Origin: an uncultured Bacilli bacterium
GTDB taxonomy: Bacteria > Bacillota_I > Bacilli_A > RFN20 > CAG-826
Reading direction: 5' to 3'
DNA length: 46,103 bases
Assembly (NCBI GenBank): GCA_947625975.1
Contig: CANQQL010000004.1
Coordinates: 1-46,103 of the forward strand
Below the pieces are notes generated by a model. That model was not told the DNA's origin and did not search any database. It worked only from the letters and a program-made list of their open reading frames with translations. Each line of letters begins with the position of its first letter. Within the stretch, counting starts at the first letter, position 1. Below are positions 39,555 to 46,103 of the stretch, one piece after another. The translations under genes were made by a program, and so were the position numbers.

Positions 39555-40214
39555 ATGAATTTTTCAAAGAAACTATTATTATCATTTCTTGCTGGCATTG
39601 CCATCGCTTGTGGAGGACTAATATTTTTATTAATTAAATCATTGGATTCTTCTAGTATAGTTTCAATCATTGCCTCATATTCCTTTAGCGTTGGGTTGTT
39701 GCTTGTTTTATTTTTTGGCCTTTGGCTTTTTACCGGAAAAATTGGATATGTATTTGAAGGAAAATTTTCTATATTTGATTACTTAATAATGTTTTTAGGA
39801 AATTTTGTCGGTGCAATGTTAATTGGATATTTAGCTTATTTTATTTTAAAAAATACAAGTATTTACGAGCTTAATTATATTAGTACATTTGATAAAACAG
39901 AAGGCTTTAAATTTTGGAATTTATTACAAAGTGGTATTTTTTGCGGTATGTTTGTTTATGGAGCAGTGGAAGCCTTTAAAATTAAAAAGCTCCATGTATC
40001 AATTAGAATTATTCTTGTGGTTGCTTTAATAGGAACATTTGTAGTTTTAAAATTAAATCACTGTATTGCCAATATTTTTTATTTTAGTTTTGCAAATCTA
40101 TGGAGTTGGAAAGGACTTTTGTTCATATTTGTTAATACTTTGGCAAACTCTATCGGTGCAATTATTTTAAATAGTTTAAAATTACTAGTTTTAAAATTTG
40201 TTCATAAAAGTTAG
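39555..40214 (+). CDS. formate/nitrite transporter (FNT) family channel
   Basis: FSVGLLLV...LFTGKIG, GNFVGA, GIFCGMFV, HCIAN. Confidence 0.88.
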   Translation: MNFSKKLLLSFLAGIAIACGGLIFLLIKSLDSSSIVSIIASYSFSVGLLLVLFFGLWLFTGKIGYVFEGKFSIFDYLIMFLGNFVGAMLIGYLAYFILKNTSIYELNYISTFDKTEGFKFWNLLQSGIFCGMFVYGAVEAFKIKKLHVSIRIILVVALIGTFVVLKLNHCIANIFYFSFANLWSWKGLLFIFVNTLANSIGAIILNSLKLLVLKFVHKS

Positions 40215-40255
40215 CATAGTAGTCTTTAAAAGATGATTAATAGAAATTTATTTTC

Positions 40256-40284
40256 TTGACAAATTATTCTATCTTTTTTATTAT
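40256..40284 (+). promoter_or_regulatory. sigma-A promoter for tRNA-Ala
   Basis: TTGACA, 17 bp spacer, TATTAT. Confidence 0.75.
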
Positions 40285-40301
40285 TATGTAGCAATGTAGA
40301 T

Positions 40302-40377
40302 GGGGCTGTAGCTCACCTGGGAGAGCGCTTCCATGGCATGGAAGAGGTAGCGAGTTCGATCCTCGTCAGCTCCACCA
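40302..40377 (+). tRNA. tRNA-Ala (anticodon GGC)
   Basis: Acceptor GGGGCTG/CAGCTCC with G3-U70, anticodon arm around GGC, T loop GTTCGATCC, encoded CCA. Confidence 0.96.
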
Positions 40378-40384
40378 TCTTAGA

Positions 40385-40436
40385 TGAACATGCTCCCAAA
40401 AATTGAACCAAAAATTGGTGCAAAACAAGGGAGCTT
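40385..40436. mobile_element. possible IS3-family terminal remnant
   Basis: TGAACATGCTCCCAAAAATTGAACC resembles IS3/IS150-type ends; also forms a GCTCCC/GGGAGC hairpin, so it may simply be the tRNA terminator. Confidence 0.3.
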
Positions 40437-40597
40437 TTAATATGGAAAGAGCATTAGCTGAGAAGAAACTTCCTTTAGTTGTGCTTTAAAAATAGGTCTT
40501 GCAAAATATCGATTTATTTTTAAATCTGAGTTACGATAAAATGTTAAATAGTTTAATAAATTTAAACTTGGATGATTGTCCAAGCTCTTATCGATTG

Positions 40598-40830
40598 TTA
40601 AATCGATTTTGCAGCATAAGGCAAATTCGTTAATTTTTTCATTAATCTATCGTATACCTTAGCAACAGAGACATTAATAACCGGGTCAGATTTAACTATG
40701 TGATAAATAGATTCTTTATTATCTACACCATTTTTAATTGTTCTCTTTAGATAGGAAAATTCTTTTTCATTCATCTTAATACCAGTTCTAGATTCCATGA
40801 GATTATAATCAACTTTTTTGAGTCTTTATA
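40598..40830 (-). mobile_element. IS30-like transposase internal fragment
   Basis: ESRTGIKMNEKEF..L...I...ESIYHIV....INVSVAKVY resembles the segment preceding the DDE domain of Firmicutes IS30 transposases; no DDE domain or ends present. Confidence 0.55.
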
Positions 40831-40841
40831 AAACCAAAATC

Positions 40842-40871
40842 TTGACATTTTGCTACGGGGGGGGGTATAAT
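40842..40871 (+). promoter_or_regulatory. consensus sigma-A promoter with a G9 homopolymer in the spacer (probable phase-variable promoter)
   Basis: TTGACA (40842-40847), TTTTGCTAC-GGGGGGGGG (18 bp), TATAAT (40866-40871). Confidence 0.85.
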
Positions 40872-40901
40872 TTTTCTTGATTTTAGCTAGGAGAAATATT
40901 T

Positions 40902-42410
40902 ATGCTTTTTGTATGGCCAAAATTTGGAATTTTAACTCTTTTCTTTCCTATATTTGTTTTAATAAGTGTTCTTGTATATTACACAATACAAAAAAAATAT
41001 AGATGGATCTCATTATTGATTTTTTCTCTTGGCTTTTACGCACTTATTGATTGGAAAGGGTTATTATTTCTTTTTCCAACTTCACTTATAGTTTATTTGT
41101 TTTCATTTCTTATTTCTAAATATAAAGTTATTGATGCGAATAAGAGGAATAAGGGACGCAATAAGTTACCAAATATATTTTTAATAATAGCCATAGTATT
41201 AATTGGGAGTGTATTATTTATATTAAAATATTTTAATTTTATAGGTTCAACTTTTACTCGAATTGTCAATAAGCCTTTTTCTGCGATAGATTTTATAGTG
41301 CCATTAGGTTTATCATATTATACTTTTCAATCAATAGCTTATTTAGTAGATGTAAAAAAAGCTAAGACAACTTTCATACATAATCCATTTAAATTAATTT
41401 TATTTCTATCTTATTTTCCAATAATCTCAATGGGACCAATATGTAGAGCGGAGCAAATTTGCTCAGCATTATTTGAAGGCAATGATTTTGATGAAGATAA
41501 TATCTGGGAAGGTATAAAAAGAATATTATTTGGTTATCTAAAAAAGATTGTAATTGCAGATATGTTAGCTATACCAGTAACCTTAGCATTTGCGAATCAT
41601 GGCAAGTACTTTGGAATTCCGTTAATGTTGGCGGTGATTTTATATGCAATAGAATTATATTGCGATTTTTCTGGTTGTGTGGACATATGTATAGGAGTTT
41701 CAAAATTATTTGGAGTAAAATTGCCAGAAAATTTTGATAAACCATATATTGCTCCAACTTTACAAATCTTTTGGAGAAAATGGCATATGACACTTACCGG
41801 GTGGTTTAAAGATTATATTTATATTCCTTTAGGTGGAAATAGAGTTAAATTGCCAAGATATTTATTAAATATAATGATTGTTTGGCTGTTTACCGGATTA
41901 TGGCATGGAGCCAATTGGACATTTATACTATGGGGTATATATAATGGTATTTTGCTTATTTTGGCAGCACTATTCAGAAAATGGAAACCAAATTTGGAAG
42001 AAAAATATCCCAAACTCTATACAAATCCTTTTATTAATCTTTTAAGAATTCTCCGAACCTTAATGCTAGTGTGTATTGGATGGGTAATATTTAACTCAGC
42101 ATCATGGAAAGATGCTTTGCGATATCTATACCATTGTATGTATTTTTGGAAACTAACCGGAGGAACTGAATTATTTTTGTCATTGCCACTATGGGGATGG
42201 GTATCAATAATATTAGCAATTATCTTCTGTATACTTCTTTATACTCCCTTTACGGGTAGAGAAGGCTATTTTAGGAATATTAATTTTAAAATAAAACCAT
42301 TTGCATTACCTATAATATCTATGTTAATAGTTACATTTGTTATATTTATAAAACTTTATCAATTCTCAACAGGCAATGGATCAAATTCATTTGTATACTC
42401 GGACTTCTAG
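40902..42410 (+). CDS. MBOAT family O-acyltransferase (AlgI/DltB/PatA type)
   Basis: PLGLSYYTFQ, FFP-like YFP..GPI, YCDFSG, ENFDKPY, FWRKWHMTL, GLWHGA (catalytic His). Confidence 0.95.
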   Translation: MLFVWPKFGILTLFFPIFVLISVLVYYTIQKKYRWISLLIFSLGFYALIDWKGLLFLFPTSLIVYLFSFLISKYKVIDANKRNKGRNKLPNIFLIIAIVLIGSVLFILKYFNFIGSTFTRIVNKPFSAIDFIVPLGLSYYTFQSIAYLVDVKKAKTTFIHNPFKLILFLSYFPIISMGPICRAEQICSALFEGNDFDEDNIWEGIKRILFGYLKKIVIADMLAIPVTLAFANHGKYFGIPLMLAVILYAIELYCDFSGCVDICIGVSKLFGVKLPENFDKPYIAPTLQIFWRKWHMTLTGWFKDYIYIPLGGNRVKLPRYLLNIMIVWLFTGLWHGANWTFILWGIYNGILLILAALFRKWKPNLEEKYPKLYTNPFINLLRILRTLMLVCIGWVIFNSASWKDALRYLYHCMYFWKLTGGTELFLSLPLWGWVSIILAIIFCILLYTPFTGREGYFRNINFKIKPFALPIISMLIVTFVIFIKLYQFSTGNGSNSFVYSDF

Positions 42411-42425
42411 TGAGGTGTTAAATTT

Positions 42426-43877
42426 ATGAAAAAGAAATACATTGCATTAAATTTGTTATTATCGGCTGTTGCTTGTTTAACACCAATATCGATATATTAT
42501 TCGACAATACTAGGGATGCCTAATATTTATGAAAAAACTTATTATGCCGCTTTAGTGGACAAATTAGAATTATTAAAAAACACCAAGGGTAAAAAGTTAG
42601 TCTTAATTGGAGGAAGTAACGTTGCGTTTGGTTTTGATGGAAAGACTCTAAAAGAAGAATATTTCAAAGATTATGAGATTGTTAATTTTGGTTTATATGC
42701 AGCATTGGGAACAAAAATTATGATGGACTTGGCAAAGCCATATCTAAAAGATGGTGATATTGCCTTAATTGCACCAGAAATAAATGAGCAATCAATGTCT
42801 CTATACTTTTCTGGCACAGAAACATGGAAAGCTATTGAGACGGAGAAAAACATATATTGGTCGATACCGACGGATAACCGCGAGACATTAAGAGGATCAT
42901 TATTGGAATTTGCTAGAGAAAAAAAGAAATATAATGAACCAATTGTTCCAAAGGATGTTTATCAGAGATCATCATTTAATGAATTTGGTGACATTAAATA
43001 TGGAGAAGAACTAGAAGGCCAATGGGCATCAAAAAGGGACAAGAATATACTTGCACTTCATTATGATCCATCTATGACTGTTAATTATAAAATTTCTATG
43101 GATAATGATTTTGCAAATTATTTAAATGATTATTATAAAGATTTAAGGAAAATCGGTTGCACAGTCTACTATGGATTTTCACCAGTAAATGACTTATCAA
43201 TTACAAGCACAGAACCGGCGTTTACCTCATTATATTGGGATATTCGAAACAAGCTAAATATGAATATTATAGGAAGTCCGGAAGAGTATGTTTTAGACTC
43301 GCACTATTTTTATGATTCAAATTTTCATTTAAATGATGCAGGATCAATATTTCGAAGTTTGCTTTTTATTGAACATTATGCTCGAGATGTAAAAGGAGAA
43401 TATTTGACTTTAAAGGAAAAATATCCTGATAGGCCAGAATATGAAACAATAAATATCGATACTTCAATAAATTCAGAAACAGCAGATTGTTTTACCTATA
43501 CATTAAATGGCAATTATTTAGAAATATCAGGAGTAGCGGAAAAAGGACGAAATTTAAAGACTGTAATATTACCAGCAGTTGCTAATCATAGTTTAGTGAC
43601 CGGAATATCAAAAAATGCTTTCTCAAATTCTGAAATAGAAACACTAACTATACCGGCCACAATTAGTTATATAAAAGATGGAGCGTTTGGTGATTCTTTG
43701 ATTGAGGCCATATATATGGAATCAAGCGATCCCTCATCTACTAATGTTTCATATGATGGTAGTTTAGTTAATGGGGTTAAAGATGACTTTGCTATTTATG
43801 TTCCTAGTGATTCTTTTGGAGATTATTCTTCTAATTACTATTGGGGTGCGTATAGTCAATACTTAAGGAGGTATTAA
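42426..43877 (+). CDS. membrane-anchored SGNH-like acyltransferase with C-terminal BspA/LRR_5 repeats
   Basis: LIGGSN (block I Ser), NFGL, YDSNFHLN (Asp/His); C-terminal LP..VTGISKNAFSNS.IETLTIPATISYIKDGAF. Confidence 0.75.
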   Translation: MKKKYIALNLLLSAVACLTPISIYYSTILGMPNIYEKTYYAALVDKLELLKNTKGKKLVLIGGSNVAFGFDGKTLKEEYFKDYEIVNFGLYAALGTKIMMDLAKPYLKDGDIALIAPEINEQSMSLYFSGTETWKAIETEKNIYWSIPTDNRETLRGSLLEFAREKKKYNEPIVPKDVYQRSSFNEFGDIKYGEELEGQWASKRDKNILALHYDPSMTVNYKISMDNDFANYLNDYYKDLRKIGCTVYYGFSPVNDLSITSTEPAFTSLYWDIRNKLNMNIIGSPEEYVLDSHYFYDSNFHLNDAGSIFRSLLFIEHYARDVKGEYLTLKEKYPDRPEYETINIDTSINSETADCFTYTLNGNYLEISGVAEKGRNLKTVILPAVANHSLVTGISKNAFSNSEIETLTIPATISYIKDGAFGDSLIEAIYMESSDPSSTNVSYDGSLVNGVKDDFAIYVPSDSFGDYSSNYYWGAYSQYLRRY

Positions 43878-43879
43878 AC

Positions 43880-45895
43880 ATGAAAAACAGAAAATTACTT
43901 ACGATATTTTTCTTATTATCTGCTTTTACGATATGTGGGTGCGCCAATGCTTTAGAACCAAAAAATGATTTTGTTTCCGTAACTTTACTTGAAGGTAATC
44001 ATTACCATGTATTAAATAATAACACTCAAAAAATTAAACGCGGAGAGGATGCAATATGGAAAGTGTCGGTTGATGAAAATTACGTTTTTGCATCTTCAAG
44101 CGATGGAACCTATGAGGATGAAGGAAATGTAGGAAAGTTTATAGTCAAAAATATTCAAATGCCGAAAACTGTATCTTTTGATACAAAAGGAATAGGTGAT
44201 TATACATTAGAAATTGTTAATGATTCTGCTTTAGGAAGTGTCAAGGTAATTCCGGATAATTTTAGTTTTAAAAAGGGAGAATCTATTACAATTTCAGTTA
44301 CACCTTATTATGGGCAAGAGTTTATGTGTTTTACTAAAACTTATCCATTCAGAGCATCTAATAGTTATTTGCCTTCTGGAAAACCCGTTTCATTTAAGTC
44401 AACGTATACTTTTAATATTGAAGATGATACGACTTTATATGTAAACTATTTTACACCAGGGTTATTAAGAATAAATTATGATGCAAATGGTGGAAAAACG
44501 ATAGATGAGGAATCTTCCTTGACTCTTGATTATACTATACCGGCTCAATTTACAAAGCCATCTACACTTCTAGGCACACATTATTTAAAAAGAAATGGCT
44601 ATACATTAACGACATTTAATACAAAACCGGATGGAAGTGGAACTTCTATAGGAATAGGATCAAGTGTTGACACGTCTTTTGCAATAGATAATGAGATAAA
44701 ATTATATGCGCAATGGTCAATGTGGAATAGTAAAAGTGATTTCGAATACACAATGAAAGATGATGGTTGCCATATAACTAAATACATTGGCAATGTCGAT
44801 TGTGAATGCCTAGTAATCCCCGATAAAATAGATGATGAAACTGTTACTTCAATTGAAAAAAAGGCAATTGAGAATGTAAACTCAAGAGTAATTGTCTTAA
44901 ATGAAAATCTTTTGCAATTAGATGAAGAGGCCGTATCTAATTGTGAAAGGTTAACAGATATTTATGTATTTACAAATTTGTCAAATGTAAAATCATCTTC
45001 TATTGCATCAAATTCATTAGAAAAACTCCATATTAATTCTACGTTATATGCTTATAATTCAACACAACGTGATCGGGATATTTCAGGTCAAATTCAATTG
45101 TTAGAAAAAATGGAAAAAAATAGAGTAGTATTTTTTGGACCATCAACGACACGTTATAATCATCCCTTAGAGAGTTTGATTGAGATGTGGCCAGAAAAAA
45201 ATTTTTTTCTAGCAGGATGTATACATGGAGCGAATCAAAGATTAGCATTTGATTTAATCGTTAGCATTTTAAATAATACTGACTATATATTGCCTACTAT
45301 GTATGAGGGGGTTGTCGCACCAAATTCCGGTAGTCAAGTTACTTTTGTTTTTTTAGAATTTAATTTTGATTTATTATTAAAAATAAATTATCAGTATTAT
45401 AAAGACTATATCTTAGATCAGTTTTGCCAATATGTTATTGATTTTAAAAAAAATCAAGGGGAGCAAATTTTCACAAATCAAGTATTTTCGGGATACAATA
45501 ATTACGGAATGTATAAATTTGGCTCGGACCAAGTAGAAGAAGGAAATGTAGATTTATCTTATAAACTTACTTTGAAAAATTACTTAGATAAAAAAAATTT
45601 TATTTATTATGAAGAAATAATAGACAAATTTTTATTTCCTAAAGATCATGTAAGAATCATATGGAGTACTTATAATAAAAATTCTGTAAAAGATGATGAT
45701 ATAATACAATTTGATCAATATGAAGAGTTTGTTTTAAACACAATACCATTTGAAGAATTAGAGCCATTAAAAGATAATATAATGGATGGTATTTTATTTA
45801 GAAAAAATGATAGTATGCACCTATCTCTAGAAGGAGGTGAAATTAGGGTAAATAGATGGAAAAATATTTTTCAAAAAATACGTATTTTTGATTAA
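43880..45895 (+). CDS. lipoprotein with InlB-B-like repeats, LRR_5 repeats and a C-terminal SGNH-like domain
   Basis: Lipobox ICG-C; YDANGG...GYTLTTFNTKPDGSG...LYAQW; IPDKIDDETVTSIEKKA; VVFFGPST and DSMHLS. Confidence 0.72.
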   Translation: MKNRKLLTIFFLLSAFTICGCANALEPKNDFVSVTLLEGNHYHVLNNNTQKIKRGEDAIWKVSVDENYVFASSSDGTYEDEGNVGKFIVKNIQMPKTVSFDTKGIGDYTLEIVNDSALGSVKVIPDNFSFKKGESITISVTPYYGQEFMCFTKTYPFRASNSYLPSGKPVSFKSTYTFNIEDDTTLYVNYFTPGLLRINYDANGGKTIDEESSLTLDYTIPAQFTKPSTLLGTHYLKRNGYTLTTFNTKPDGSGTSIGIGSSVDTSFAIDNEIKLYAQWSMWNSKSDFEYTMKDDGCHITKYIGNVDCECLVIPDKIDDETVTSIEKKAIENVNSRVIVLNENLLQLDEEAVSNCERLTDIYVFTNLSNVKSSSIASNSLEKLHINSTLYAYNSTQRDRDISGQIQLLEKMEKNRVVFFGPSTTRYNHPLESLIEMWPEKNFFLAGCIHGANQRLAFDLIVSILNNTDYILPTMYEGVVAPNSGSQVTFVFLEFNFDLLLKINYQYYKDYILDQFCQYVIDFKKNQGEQIFTNQVFSGYNNYGMYKFGSDQVEEGNVDLSYKLTLKNYLDKKNFIYYEEIIDKFLFPKDHVRIIWSTYNKNSVKDDDIIQFDQYEEFVLNTIPFEELEPLKDNIMDGILFRKNDSMHLSLEGGEIRVNRWKNIFQKIRIFD

Positions 45896-46103
45896 ATGTA
45901 TTTTTCTTATTAATAAAATAATTTAAATAGCATACTAAATGGCATTAATAATGCCGTAATAGAAGGAAGTTTGCAGAATGATTTTGTAATAGTAAATGCT
46001 ACTTTACTACTTGATTGTGGCATTTACTTTTTTTATTAACTAGGAAATTGTATTTTAATGAGAAAAGTAAAAAAAGGACTCAAAGAAGAGTTGCAAATAT
46101 AAA

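Noticed and set aside
260-45248. Numerous 60-150-aa ORFs antisense to or nested in long genes (e.g. 260-541, 3570-3956, 12031-12477, 39068-39508)
   Set aside because: Shadow frames of well-supported genes, with no RBS or motifs.

Overview
AT-rich (roughly 28-30% GC by eye) bacterial chromosome segment using the standard genetic code (Trp = TGG, TGA = stop) with Firmicutes-style sigma-A promoters and RBSs. It is probably from an uncultured host-associated, Mollicutes-like member of the Bacilli (inference). Left to right: tRNA-Arg(TCG); a membrane protein; an unexplained ~90-nt structured small-RNA candidate; TetR and an RsmB/RsmF-type methyltransferase; a yybP-ykoY (Mn2+) riboswitch ahead of a Ca2+/Na+ antiporter and an ECF S component; tRNA-Gly(CCC); a decaying surface-polymer islet (licD with one in-frame stop, intact flippase, tarI/ispD pseudogene); a MacB/FtsX-type ABC pair; pit plus DUF47; a complete type II-A CRISPR-Cas9 locus (tracrRNA, cas9, cas1, cas2, csn2, 34 spacers); glyA; MarR with a heterodimeric ABC exporter; an accessory patch in which an AAA ATPase gene is broken off at a GC-richer structured segment next to a stand-alone guanylate-kinase/nucleoside-deoxyribosyltransferase-like fusion gene (best candidate for an undescribed, probably anti-phage, system); two XRE-membrane regulators; large secreted beta-rich proteins; a lipoprotein; an FNT channel; tRNA-Ala(GGC) with IS remnants; and an MBOAT + two SGNH/LRR surface-acylation operon whose promoter has a G9 tract between -35 and -10 (probable phase variation). 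All calls come from reading motifs by eye; no database searches were run.
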